From assembly GCA_951406725.2 (NCBI GenBank), contig OX597820.1, positions 50,840,001 through 50,904,000 of the forward strand: DNA of 64,000 nt. Direction: 5' to 3'. The stretch's first letter is position 1. The number at the start of each line of letters is the position of its first letter. This DNA comes from Octopus vulgaris. Its lineage: Eukaryota. The notes under the pieces are model-generated. The model was not told the origin of the DNA. It saw nothing but the letters and a program-made list of their open reading frames with translations, and made no database searches. Made by a program: the position numbers and the translations under genes. This document shows, in pieces, positions 50,415 through 64,000 of this stretch.

Positions 50415-52262
50415 TCTTGTTTCAGCGTTTCGCCTGATATACCCTCCGGCCTTCATCGAGTGTCTTGGGTGAAATTTCGAACATGTGTTCTCATTCCTAA
50501 AGTATTTTTCGATGTTGTTATTATTCAGGTCACTGCCTGGAATCGAACTCAGAATCTTGGGGATAGAAGCCCATGCTCTTAACAACTAGGCCATGTGTCC
50601 GTGGGCAGTTATGGAGTGAATTTTTAGGGCTTATAAATCTTTTATTCTCCTATCCTTCCTTTATACCGGTTCCCATATACTACTCATATCTGCACTCGGT
50701 TTGCTTTGAAGGTTGTTGTGTCCTAGCATATGTGCTGCTTCTTTAAGTTATCGTATTTTCCAGTGGTGTTCTCTGTCTATTATTTTAACTTCATCCCACA
50801 GAGGATTTTTCCATACACGATCAACCCTAACCGATTTATCAATATCTCTTCGCGTCACAGCATTGCGATGTTCGTCTACCATTATCTTGAGGGGGTGGCA
50901 TGTCTCGCCGTTGTATAACCTACCACAACTGCATGGGATTCAGTATACGCAGTCTTTGGTCAAATTCTCTTCTATTCGTGGTTTTACACAAAGGAGATAT
51001 TTGCGAAGTGGTGTATTATTCTTGAATACTGTCCCGATTTCATATGGGCTGCATATCTTTTGTATCTTTCACATACGGTAGACAAACTTTGGGCAGTTAA
51101 TTATAATCGTCCTCTATGTTCTTCATCATCGAGTGGGTAGTATGTTTTGGGGGTAACTGTTGCTTAATAGATTGTCATTAAGCTTGATCATTTCTTCGTA
51201 GTGTGTATCACGATTGCTACTTATATTCTTTGCTCGATATTTTAGGCACTGAGGAATCCTTCTCTTAAACACTGTATGGATGGTGGGAATTGAAGTTGAG
51301 GTATCGTCCAGTGAAGGTCGACTTGTGGTAAACGGATGTTCTGAATCTATACTTCGTGCGTGTTATTAATACGTCCAGGAATGCTAGTTGATTGTCTTTT
51401 TTCCTTTTCCCTTGTGAACTGTATGGGTTTCTTTATTGAGTTCACATGATCTAACAGCACTTCCCGGTGGGGACAGAGAATAAAGGTGTCATCAACCTAT
51501 CGAAGCCACAGGGTTGGTTTTAGTGGTGTTGATCCTAAAACCAAATTCTCCAAGTATTCCAAGTATATATCGGCTATTATCGGTGATAATGGCGAACCCA
51601 TAGCTAAACGCTTTTCATGTCGATATATATCAGTGTCCATACTGAAGTAGATAGTTTCTGCACAGAAGGTCACCATTTCCATCATGTTTCTTATTGGTAT
51701 ACGAGTGCGTTCTTTTAGATAGGTGTCTGTCACTTGTTTTTCTTGAATCACCGACATTGCTTCCCCAGTTGGGTCGTTAGTGAAGTACTACAGCTCATTA
51801 TAGATCTTCATGGAATACTATCCGTGGGAATCTTAGGGAGACCGTACATGTGTTAAGTCAGCTGTCTGTACTTCATTGGTGCAAAGGGATCCTTGTTCTT
51901 GATCAACATATGTGACAACTTCCTCTCTGTTTCCAGAGTTGGTCTTTCTTTTCTTTACTGCTACTATCACTTACAAGACTTGCCAATTTTTCCGAGTAGT
52001 CAGACTTGTTCATCACTACTGTAGCATTTCCCTTGTCCGCTGGAAGGATTTTGATGGAGTTGTCATTCTGTAGTCTTTTGAAAGAGAAAATTTCTTCCTT
52101 AGTGATGTTTGGTTTGAGAAGTTTTCTTTTTTCTAGTACATGACTTACTTTCCACCTTAGTTCATTACCTTGAGCTTTTGGTGTCTTTATGGCTATTATG
52201 TACAAGTATGGAATGCGCTTGTTAGTTGTCGCAAAGTTGAGACCTTTGTTTAGTACTGCTTC
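50415..52262 (-). mobile_element. Degenerate Penelope-like element (RT, GIY-YIG, tRNA-like segment, HHR-like terminal repeat)
   Basis: ILPADKGNATVVMNKSDY; AMGSPLSPIIADIYLEYLE..LWLR*VDDTF; IPCSCGRLYNGET-like codons. Confidence 0.85.
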
Positions 52263-52622
52263 TTATAACATTTTTTTATAAATGATGCACTTAAAAAATG
52301 TTAAAACCTATTAAAAGATCACTGTTGGATAAAAAAAAGTTTCCGGCAATTCAGCTATCTACATATTGCTGCAGTTTTGCAGTTATCCAAATTCTATTAT
52401 TAATGGCTCAGTAATTTCTTCGTATCAAAATCTATGCTTGATCTAGCGGAGTTTATAAGAATATCCCTAGTGTTGATACAAAAGCATTTCCCGTATAAGC
52501 ATAGGTGTATGAACATTTTAACTGACGTTTCATGAAGGTACATTATAGTTGCTGAGATAACGGGAATTGTCCTAAAGTTGGGCTTCTAGTGTTTGTTATT
52601 TGCCAACTGCAGTAGTTTTGTA

Positions 52623-52670
<48 letters not shown>

Positions 52671-53460
52671 AAGTTAGCACTCAGTATAAAAGAATATTGT
52701 TAACTTTCCAACAAATAGATACCAGTAAATTTATGTAGAATACGAATCTCAGGTCACTTCTCATGTATGACAGGTAATTCTAACAATACTTATGAACAAT
52801 TATTAGAATTTCAGAGTATTAACAACAGTCAATATGTACGAAGAAAATCATATCTTTATTTTAGATCACACCTTAAATACACAACTATTGTTTCAATTGG
52901 AGTAACATATACATACATATTTTTATGTAAAGTTGGTGCTTCATAGCGCCCTTGTTATATACAATTCTTGTATATATCTATTAATTTTGCCTTTACAGTT
53001 TTAAGCTTACGGCAACGAACATTATTATCTCTCATGGGTATTGCTTTTCTTTAAATATTTATGAATTGTATTCATATCGTTTTCTCAATTCGGGTTGGGC
53101 ACACAAACCAACACAGTGATATATAGGAATATATATCACTATGTCATACAGGCTTGTTATGAGTAGACTTGTCTGAAGAACATCAAGTGCTTTTGGCACT
53201 AAATTCGAAATCATGATACCACGTTAACTTGCCTTTTTCATGCAATTTTGCAGAGTTAAGACGCAATTCATATTCACTTATTTTTCCAACCTAGACTGTG
53301 AATATCTAATATTAAACTTTGTGGCTTCGGAGTAATTTTGAATCCTATTTTAGTAAAGATGGTGCTTCATACCGCCCATCTTATATATAATTCTATTAAT
53401 ATATCTATTAATTTTGCCTATACGGTTTTAAACTTCCTGCCACTAACATTACTGGTCTTG

Positions 53461-53491
<31 letters not shown>

Positions 53492-53915
53492 CATGCATAA
53501 TATTTATTGAAATTAATATCTATATGTACAAAAATTTATGTCAACAAAAATGTATCAAGTTCAGCCAAATTAGTGAAATTCTAATTGAATATCTGAAAAT
53601 ATTTTTGCTGTTAAAAAGGCTAATAAAGAGAAATGCGATCTTCAAGCAAGTATGGGAAGTCATTTAATAGATATTGTGTTAAAGTTTTCATTTTCGACGT
53701 ATTTGAAGTACAAGAAATAGCTGAGATTATTGTAGTACAAAATAAACAGAGAATTAAAAATATCTAAATTCTAAATCAATAAACAATTGTACGACTGATA
53801 ATTTGTATAGTGAAATTAACGTTATTGGTAATCATTCGGAACAACCTTTAGATTCTATGATTGATCAAAATGCTGATAATATATTTCGTCTTTTACCTTG
53901 TATTAATATTAACTC

Positions 53916-53952
<37 letters not shown>

Positions 53953-53987
53953 CTAACAACAACAACAAAAGCAACAACAACAACAAC

Positions 53988-54043
<56 letters not shown>

Positions 54044-54135
54044 GGATAATAATAACAGTAATACTAATGACAATAAATAATACTCATCATCATCATCATC
54101 ATCATCGTCATCATTATTATTATCTTTATTATTAT
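53916..54135. repeat. Compound (AAT)n/(AAC)n/(CAT)n microsatellite
   Basis: Visible. Confidence 0.92.
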
Positions 54136-55199
54136 AATCCATCTTTAACACTTATTTTACAGACTGTAGCTGGCATAAATTCTTATAACTATGAGGACAA
54201 TGTAAAAGTGAAAAATCCATGTGTAATTGTGTAAACAAAACTCGATGTCGTTTAAGAAATCAGCGTTTATAGAATATAGTATATCAATGTAAAACGATAA
54301 CTCGACATTGTAAATATTGGTAAATTGGTTTTTATTAGTTGGAAGTCTATTTTTTTTATAATTCTTATTCCTTTAGATATAAAAGAAAATGTAATTCTAC
54401 AAACCTTAGTAAATGCATTTGGAATTTAAAGGATAAGAATGTTAAATATGATTTATAGAGGTCCAATATTAGTTATGTACCATCGAATAATATTGGTAAT
54501 TCTACTTGTGATCTTTGCCTCGAATATTAATGTCTAATAATTAGTTTTAAATTAATTTTATTGAATTTAAGTTGGAACTTAACTTTCAGATGTTGTCATA
54601 AATTTAGTAAGACATTCAAATATTTCAATTATAAATTGTGAAAATCTTTTGATAAACTATTATATAATAGGATTAATTTCTATTAAAGTACTTAATATAA
54701 ATAGTAAGTAATTAGTTATAACGATGTAAAAGTATCTAAGTTTCGATTAAGCACAACGTAGACTTCTTATCCATAATCTTTATTCTTTTAATTATCCACC
54801 GAGATCATCAAGAGTTGTATATATTATTAAGTATTATAATTTTTCAATATAATAATGTTAATTCCTATATAAGAGTTTATTATAATGTATAAATAGATAT
54901 TTGGTTGTCTTTTCTGGAATTTTTTATTCTATAATTATCCAGTTAGATCAGCAATAATTGTATACGTTTTTTAATATAATAATTCTTCACTTATTATAAA
55001 ATAAGGATAATTCCTATAGAAGGGTTCATTATATTAGTTACATAAATAGATAATTAATTATTACGACGTAAATATATAAGATTCTATTAAACATTATGTA
55101 GAATTATTCTTTAGTTATCGATTAAGCATAACGTAGAATTCTTTAGATATACAGTGACTCCATTAATTTTTATAGATGTTTTGCAAACAACTTACACAT

Positions 55200-56570
55200 G
55201 CAAGTGCTACCAGTCGAGAACTTTGCATACCGGAAGCTACCAAGTGAATGGGGTCATTAGGAGATAATGCTTGTAATTTCTGGGCTTACCTCTCGACGGC
55301 ATCAATGCGTACCCCCACCCCCAACTGATAAGTAGCCCTGCTTCCTAGATCAAATAAAGCTCAATATTCTTCTGGCCATCGCTCATTGTCTTTTTTAAAC
55401 CAAAACTAATGGCTAGCCTTTTCTACTGTAGTTTAGACATCGGTCATAGTGTTATTTACTTTACGTGAGTTAGGCCTAACGATAACACAGTTGTCTCACA
55501 CTGTGTCCAACAAACCCTCAACATCCGACTTGAATTGGAAAATGCTCCGCTTTCAAATTTCTCGAGGAGGTTTACATAACATTCAATCTTTTGAGCCCGC
55601 GCGCGGTCCATGTTATCTTCATGAGGAATCGTTAACTCGACTATATTTACAACTTTCTTTCTTTCACAACACATTAAAATAACTGTCTTGATTGTAACTG
55701 GGACGGGAAAGTGTCCTTGGGACCCTGGTAAACCTGAAATCACCCCCCAATATCCGTTCCACTTTCCATCGCTTACAGGACGTTTGTTGTTCTTCTCGAA
55801 ACGTATCCGCTGTACTGAGCGCACGAAGGTAATGAAATCTCGATTTGGTACTTACAACGGTTATTTTTTCACTCTTGTTGAGATCAATTTGGTTCTTTAT
55901 ACTACTGAAGATAACCTTTAGGACCTGGTTGTGCTTCAAGTAAACAGATGGAAAGAATGTGCTTCAGTGTTCCGACCTTTGCGCATGTGTATATACCATT
56001 CTCTGAGACTTTTCATCTCACTAGATTTGCAGCTGATGGCAAAACATCATTGGATGAACACATCAGAAAACATTAGCCGAGATGTGGTCCACCTTCATAT
56101 CTCATCCAAACTTATGTTCCTCTCAACAACATGTTTCTTCCATTTTTTCTTCTGTCTTTGTTGAATGCACTGGACCAAATGGAGCTCTCTTCTCTCTGCT
56201 TCCCTCGTTTTGACACTGTTGATAACAACAGATCTGCGTACGCTCCGCATCATACTTCCGAACGGTTTGAACTGATCTGCGTCAAAACGAAGACTCTTCC
56301 GATGAATTTGCGTTGCACCCACCATATCTCGATATGTAAGAGAAGACAGGATGTCATCAGTCTCTGCTTCTGTTTTCCACATCCTAGCAGTTTTCACATC
56401 TGGTGGATTACGCATGATTCTCATGCCCTTCGACTCTTTCTTCATCATCTCCGTTCATACCTACCCAGCCTATATATTTCGATTATTGACACCACTGGTA
56501 ACTACAACGAGCCTCTTTTACGATAAAAAGCTGAAATGTTCATTATCCGATGTAGGGCTAGCCACTTTCT
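55200..56570 (-). mobile_element. RLE-type non-LTR relic (Hero/NeSL-like) 3' portion
   Basis: KHNQVL, VNIVELTIPHEDN..A...K...Y, WKTEAETDDILSSL..RDMVGATQ; multiple frameshifts. Confidence 0.65.
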
Positions 56571-57164
56571 AACGAACACATTACATTTTTGTTCAACGAT
56601 TTGAACTCGTAACAATACCACCGCATATATTCAAATTGGCCACGAATGTCGCGGATTCATGCCGAACTGTAAGCACCAAATTTTGTATTTACCTGGTAAC
56701 TTTGAGTTATCAATCGCTGATAATCCAAACTCGCCTTGTTTCATATACTCGTTTTCTACGTTGGGCCTTTTTTAATGTACATTTCAAACTATAAAAAAAT
56801 ATGGAATTAGTAAGGTATCTTTTTGATAAACTAAATTAGATATTCAATGACGTAGCTCTTCGTTGCATGAATGAAAGAATGTCTGAAGTTAAATATGGTT
56901 TGGTGCTTCTTTTTTTTATTACCGATTTTCAACAGCTAACAGATGTTCAGGTTAACAGATGTTCAGTTAGAATCTCACCAATTTGTATTAGCTTTATAAT
57001 GTTGTATTGACATAAATTTTAGTACATTTTATTAAAAATTTTTAATACTATTATTTATATATATATATGTGTGTGTATATATATATGTGTGTGTGTGTAT
57101 GTGTGTGAGTGTGTGTATGTGTATGAATATATGTATGTGTGAATATATATGTGCATATATATAG

Positions 57165-57205
<41 letters not shown>

Positions 57206-57395
57206 CACAAACATACCCACGCACTTGTATATACATAATAGTAGTAACATTAATGTTATGTACGAAAATTTGTGTCAACACAACATTTTCATATACATTA
57301 TGTATTATATGTTTATGCCATTGAAAGAATTGTTAGATTTTTTAAGGTGTGATCTAAAATAAAGATTTGATTTTATTCGTACATATTATTGCTTG

Positions 57396-57428
<33 letters not shown>

Positions 57429-57934
57429 AACACACAAACACACATATGTGAGTATTTGTCTGTGTGCGCGTATATATGTGCGTGCACGCGTACACACATA
57501 CATAGAGAAATAGAGCAAGATAAAGAGGAAGAAAGAGAGAGATAGAATAACAGATATAAAAACACTACAAAAGATCCGCCAGAGAAATAGAATTAAATGA
57601 AAAGAAATCTGTAACTGAATTTTAACATCGAGCAAAAACATTTGAGAACTTTGTGCGTGGTTTTTAGCATGGTGTTGATATTTCCGTTTCAGCTTTTCTA
57701 TAACAAAAAAATCAGTATATCTCCGATAGGAGGGCGCATCTTTTAACAGTTGCCATCTACTAAATATTAAGATTTTCATTTATGTTCGCCACGTACACAA
57801 ACATTGATATTGTTTCGGTGTAATCCAGACTCAAAACTCATTCTTAATATTTCTTCTCATACTGCAGTCTTCTTAAAGTCTTTTCCTCACTCACTTTTCC
57901 TACAAAGGCAATCCGTATCCACTTACAATATCTT

Positions 57935-57983
<49 letters not shown>

Positions 57984-58137
57984 TGTGATTTTTTCCCATT
58001 AGCCTAGCTCTTACAATAAGATTTTTGCATATTTTCTTTTTGCTATGCATTTCCTTTTGTCCCTAGGAGTTGAGAAATGTAGGTAGATACTTTAATTTGA
58101 TATTTACGTATATATATATAAATATATATATATATAT

Positions 58138-58192
<55 letters not shown>

Positions 58193-58278
58193 CACATATA
58201 TATATATAGACATGCATATATCTATATGCATATATATATGTATATACATATACATATCTATATACATACATACACACG

Positions 58279-58370
<92 letters not shown>

Positions 58371-58565
58371 TGTCAAGAATGTACTTTTAGATCATCCATT
58401 AAACTATGATGTGCATGATTTCCCTGATTAAATGTGAATGACAGATGAGAATCTTTTAAAAACGCTAGTTTCCATTTCAGTTTTTAAATCTGAGGTTCGA
58501 AATGAGTCGTTACAATTTACTTCCGAAAAAAAAGAAAAACGAAAATTTGTTTATGACACGATCTA

Positions 58566-58622
<57 letters not shown>

Positions 58623-58699
58623 CATGTTTGTATGTGTGTGTGTGTGTATAAACATATATATGTGTGTATATGAGAGTGGGGAGGGTTGTTTCTGTGAGA

Positions 58700-59000
58700 C
58701 TCAAGCTGCTTGATTAAAATAATCTGCTTATAACATTAGCTACGAGGCTGAGCAATCAAAATGCACAAAGGCAATCTAATGTAGAATTCTAATAGGAAGC
58801 ATAGCACAATGTGAAAAACTTGCATGCTTGATTTACACCTACAGTCTAATCCAGATCTCCCTCTCCTGAACCCCACGCAGATTCCTGTCACCGATGGAAA
58901 CCTAACGCGTGATGAACACAGAGAAGACACCTAGGTGTGGTTTCGAACTCACGGACAGATGTTAATTGTGTGAGCCACTTCACCATTCAGTCATGGATGC
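58700..59000 (-). mobile_element. Probable third tRNA-derived SINE family
   Basis: rc head gcatccatgactgaatggtgaag..gtgagttcgaaaccacacc has A- and B-box-like motifs. Confidence 0.45.
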
Positions 59001-59177
59001 TTCCATGTTTAAATTATTCCTTGCTACTCCCCAAAATATAGCGCATTTTACGCTCCGAATATTATGATTTTCTCACTAATGCAAAATCAAATATGTCCAT
59101 AGTGCTCAGTTGTATACACACACACGCACACACACACACACATACACAAACACACACACATACATACACACACACAC

Positions 59178-59213
<36 letters not shown>

Positions 59214-59489
59214 CATATACATGCAAACTGTTACACACATGCACGCATACATACACAGATGCATGCACGCACATACATACATACTTCTGTCTGTGCATCA
59301 GAAGACATACATGAAACAAAACATACAAATCTGTGCGTATATATACATATATGCACATCCACAGAAGTACCATGTTGTTGATGTTAAAATTCCGATCCAG
59401 GTACCTTGGACCAAGGTGACAAACTGTTTCTCTCTCTTTTGACAAGAAATATTTAAATGAAACTGAAAAGTAACATAAGTACATACATA

Positions 59490-59900
59490 GGCGCAGGATT
59501 GGCTGTGTGGTAAGTAGCTTGCTAACCAACCACATGGTTCCGGGTTCAGTCCTACTGCGTGGCAACTTGGGCTAGTGTCGTCTACTATAGCCTCGGGCCG
59601 ACCAAAGCCTTGTGAGTGGAATTGGTAGACGGAAACTGAAAGAAGCTTGTCGTATATATGTATATATATGTATGTGTGTGTGTATATGCTTGTATGTCTG
59701 TTTTTGTCCCTCTATCATTGCTTGACAACCGATGCTGGTGTGTTTACGTCCCCGTCACTTAGCGGTTCGGCAAAAGAAACCGATAGAATAAATACTGGGC
59801 TTACAAAGAATAAGTCCCGGGGTAGATTTGCACGATTAAAGGCGTTGCCCCAGCATGGCCGCAGTTAAATGACTTAAACAAATAAAAGAGTAAAAGAGTA
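59490..59900 (+). mobile_element. Full-length CORE-type tRNA-SINE with internal TA/TG microsatellite and (AAAGAGT)n-like tail
   Basis: tggctgtgtggtaag, gggttcagtcc, CORE-like block; homologous to 1340-1690. Confidence 0.8.
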
Positions 59901-60545
59901 TATAGTCATAAATGCACAAATAAACACACACGTACACAATTACCAGTTAAAGAATATACTTAATCCTAATGTGTATTGAACAATAAATTTTGTGTTATTT
60001 ATGAAAGAATGAATTCGTGAATCATCTGAAAATCTCGTTCTACATCCTATATCAAGGGCAGTTTATTGAAATGAATGAATTAATTATTCAGTATACATTA
60101 GTTATTATTTTATGCTAAAATCTAGTGAGTAGACACTTCTGAAGAAACTGTATTTGTTTTGTAATATGCATGTATTTATTTGCCTTTTATACATGGGCGC
60201 GCACGTGTGTGTGTGCGTGCGTGTATACACTTTTTACTAAACCTTTCATAAATCACTCATCCAGACTCCATTACTTAAACATCACTCTTTCTATTGGCGG
60301 GTATATCACAAATATTTCAAGTCCATTTATTTGATAGATCCAATCTTCAAACAAGAATTATAAAAAGAAAGACAAATATATACGATACATATATAAACAC
60401 ATATATAAATATATAAATACATATACATTCATACATATATAGATATATACAAATATATACATATATATATATTTCACACACACATATAGAGACATACATA
60501 CATCAAGACACGCACGCATACACACACACACACGCACACACACAC

Positions 60546-60622
<77 letters not shown>

Positions 60623-61110
60623 CATCAGCGTTCAACCAAGCCTGTTATTACTGGAAATCATATTCCTTGGTAGGTAGATTTTATAGGAGATATTTCAAGC
60701 ATTATAAATGCCTATTCTGCTTCACTGGACACTTTTTCTATGTTTATTGATATTAGCAAGTTATATTCCTACAAGAAACTTCACCCATGTACAGCTAAAT
60801 TGTTAGAGGATACAATATACTGAATAAGGATTCTCCAAGAATAGATATCTCTATAAAGTGGCTTCATCGCCTTTTCTTTGCAACATATAACAAACATTCC
60901 AAGTTCTATACCAAATAATCTGATTAATGGGTACTGGCGTCCTTACTATTACGTTTCACAAAGCGTAGTATATTTCTCTGTTATAAATTATATTCCTTAC
61001 CTCAGAAATACACACATGGAAATATACGTAAACAAATGCTCGAGGAAAAACGAATCTATTTTTCTTATACAGATATACATCAAGCATAAGATGACACTGA
61101 CTCTACATTG

Positions 61111-61147
<37 letters not shown>

Positions 61148-61169
61148 TATTACATCATAGAGAGAGTAG

Positions 61170-61770
61170 GTTCCACATCTAGACTTTCTGTGATGTAACG
61201 CGTGAATGAGAGATTGCCGAGGATAGATATTTTGGGGTTAGCTTATGTCTGCGCTTCACCGAACAGTTTGTCAACAAGTTCCAAACTCTCAGCTGATACT
61301 TTGGACGAAATCTTGTAACCTGAGTGTGGCAGAGTTACGGGCCTAAAGAATATCTGTCTCGTTCCCCTTATTCGAGTCCTTTCTCGGCAGCATCGCTACG
61401 TCCCAGCTCCCAGCGCCTGCAATTCGCCTGTTGTGCTTCCAACTGCGGTAGACATCTGTCCAGCGATCACCGAACAAATCTGGCATATGAAGATAAAGCT
61501 CGAACGACCGACTCTCCTGTCCCGAAGACTTATCCATTGTGCAACTAGCCATCACATCCTGTACGTTTTCGGTTGTTATCAGCATTTCACAGAGCTCCAA
61601 ATCCCTGGCCTAAAAGTTTGCCATGCCTCCGAGAGAGCCCCGAGAAAATTCACCCCTGTTTCCGACCCACCACTTGCTTCGTAGTGTTTGGAAAAATGAT
61701 GTTCAATTGCCACACACATCTGCTTGGACTCGAATAGCAAGAGCACGACTCGGCCCGTCACAGAAAGAAT
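61170..61770 (-). mobile_element. L1/Tx1-clade LINE ORF2 internal relic
   Basis: ITTENVQDVMASC..DKSSG...FELY..MPDLFGD..DVYRSW..VAMLPRKD..KG..RPVTL...YKI resembles the Tx1 pre-RT and RT0-1 region. Confidence 0.65.
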
Positions 61771-62204
61771 TGTGATTTTGTTGCCAATCTACTACCCTGG
61801 CCCATCGAACGGTTTTTATTCCCTCTTGTCTTACAGCACGCATCATTGGTTATGCCAACTCAACACTCGTGCTAGACATTGAAAAATAGATCAACATCTA
61901 CTTTTGCCGTCAGCCTCTTCTAGTTTCCTAAATAGGTCACCCTCTATTCAAGATTCCTGTAACGCAGTTTCTTTACTAAACACTGAAACCTCCACTCTAA
62001 TAGCTCTTTTCAAAGCTAACCACCACTTCTGAGTTCAAATCACGCCAAGGTCACTGTATCTTCCATCCTTTTGAGATCAATAAAATAAAGTATCAAACTA
62101 TCTCTGGGCTCGATGTAATCGACAATCCCCGTCTCCTCAAAACTTTCTAGCGTTGTGCCAATGAATTCGGGATCTTGGGGTTAGGTTATACAAAGGCGAA
62201 ACAT

Positions 62205-62583
62205 GCTGCCCCCTCAAAATAAGGCTAGAGGAACATCGCAAAGCTGTGACACGGGGAGATATTGATAAATCGGGTATAGCTGATCATGTATGGAAAAATG
62301 GAGACCACCTCCTCCTGTGGGATGAAGTTAAAACAATAGACAGAGAACACCACTGGAAAATACGAAAACTGAAAGAAGCAGTACATATGCTAGGACAGAA
62401 CCTCCTAAGCAGACCGAGTGCATATATGAACAGCGTATGGGAATCGGTATTAAGGAAGGAGAGGAGAATATTAGATTTATAAGCCCTAAAATTCACTCCA
62501 TAGATGCCCACGGGCATATGGCGTAGTGGTTAAGAGTGCAGGCTACTAACCCCAAGATTCTGAGTCCGATTCCAGGCAGTGAG

Positions 62584-62635
<52 letters not shown>

Positions 62636-62730
62636 GCAACAACAACATCGAAAAATACCTTAGGTTCGACAATTTCCCCAAGATACCTAATGAAGCCTGG
62701 AGGGTATATCAGCCAAAAATTGTGTGAACA
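62205..62730 (+). mobile_element. PLE 3' fragment, same family as 50415-52262
   Basis: RGDIDKSGIADHVW..WDEVKTIDREHHWKIRKLKEA (GIY-YIG C-terminus), then tRNA-like segment, (AAT)n and degenerate HHR. Confidence 0.85.
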
Positions 62731-62879
62731 TACATAATTCTACATCTCTTACATACAGAAATGTATTATTCTTTCCTTGTATGCAGGCTGTTTGTGTACA
62801 TTGCATTAATTTGTCTATCTCTAATTTTAATACCGCATTCTGACATAAGCATATATAAGTAAATGTGTCGATCAATCAC

Positions 62880-63750
62880 TCCGAGGTCATTTTCTCAACT
62901 ATTCTCAAGGAGTTGTATTATCAGCTTTCCAAGTGTCTCATCAACATCTTAGATTCCTTTTCTGTTCTTATTAGTATTAATAATTTTAGGAAGTGGGGCT
63001 CTCTCGTGGAAAGGTTAATGGAGTTGTATTCGATATTCTTCTAGTATTCCATCTAACAGTTCATTGCTAATGTAATCATTTATAGTGTTTTTAGTATCAA
63101 CTGATGGTCCACCTTCATAGTGTTCTGAGTAGCCAGTTTGCTCGTTTGAGTGAGGGATTTCAGAGCTTTTTGCCTGTGGGTATAAGTGAGTATGCCTTAT
63201 ACCTAAGCTGAGTCTTGACTGATCTGACTACTTTGTCAATTTCACTGTCAGTCTTTTATTCTTTAAGATATCACATCTCACAGCTCCTAATTTACTACTG
63301 TCCGTGTACTGCCTCCTATGACGGTATTTCCACCTCCAGATATTGTAGGTCTCTTTTTGTGTAATTGATGTTTCTGAGTTTAGCGTTGAAGGATATTAAG
63401 CATGCATAACTTCGATATATTCCTCCTTAGTCCATTTCTGCCTTGTATTTCTATGTATTTCAGATAGTTACTCTTAAGCATCAGTTTCAGGAATATCCCT
63501 GGTTTGATTTGCTACAGGTTCTTGAGGAGGTTAGTCTAGATTTAAAGAGTTTTCGAGTTCAGTGTCAGAGCATAAGTTCGCTGATGAACATGTTCTTTGA
63601 ACGACATGGGTTTTAGTGGGTATTTCCATGGTTGGTATCCAGGGCCGTACTATAAGCACATGGGATTAACCAGTTGCCGGGTTCCTTGGGTAAATTTCAG
63701 AGATCCCTGGCATCATCATTTTCCGGCGCGAAAAGAAAAATAATATTTTG
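62880..63750 (-). mobile_element. N-terminal relic of an R4/Dong-like ORF
   Basis: Minus-strand RQKWTKEEYIEVMHA..ETYNIWR..KLGAVRCDILKNKRLT resembles the R4-clade N-terminal domain. Confidence 0.55.
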
Positions 63751-64000
63751 AGGAAATTTAAATTAGTTCATGCAATGACCTGCTGCCTGGAAGGTGTCAA
63801 AAAGAGGCAGATATTGAATTTACAACCAGAGGGAGACAGAGACAGAGACCAAAAACAGAAACATTGCGCAGTTTCCAAATTAGCTTTATCTCCAAGCTAT
63901 TTCCAGTAGGATGGTGATGGCATTGATGACACCGGTTGTGAAAGTTGTAATGGGATAGCATATGTTCTGTCAGCAGGATGTAAACGGCGCCGGATGTGTA

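Noticed and set aside
62512-62585. Functional tRNA gene
   Set aside because: Acceptor stem does not pair convincingly; embedded in a PLE and present as a second diverged copy

Overview
AT-rich, microsatellite-saturated eukaryotic intergenic or intronic DNA. No host protein-coding gene could be supported. The tRNA-derived SINEs and repeat mix suggest a cephalopod (octopus-like) genome; this is inference. Almost all recognisable content is mobile DNA: tRNA-SINEs, Penelope-like elements (PLEs) and their hammerhead-ribozyme (HHR)-bearing inverted repeats, mariner relics, and RTE, CR1, L1/Tx1 and RLE-type (R4/Dong, Hero/NeSL-like) non-LTR retrotransposon fragments. The outstanding structure is at ~27.6-38.1 kb: a head-to-tail array of four R4/Dong-clade elements, all on the minus strand. 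Its two nearly identical young 5'-truncated copies are embedded in ~4.4 kb of nearly pure (TTA)n, in tracts of ~2.0, ~1.66 and ~0.7 kb. Their junctions show fold-back hairpins and five repeated re-copies of the same template end. This suggests reiterative, telomerase-like synthesis by the element's RT and a self-seeding microsatellite target. All family calls come from motif recognition by eye; boundaries of old relics are approximate.
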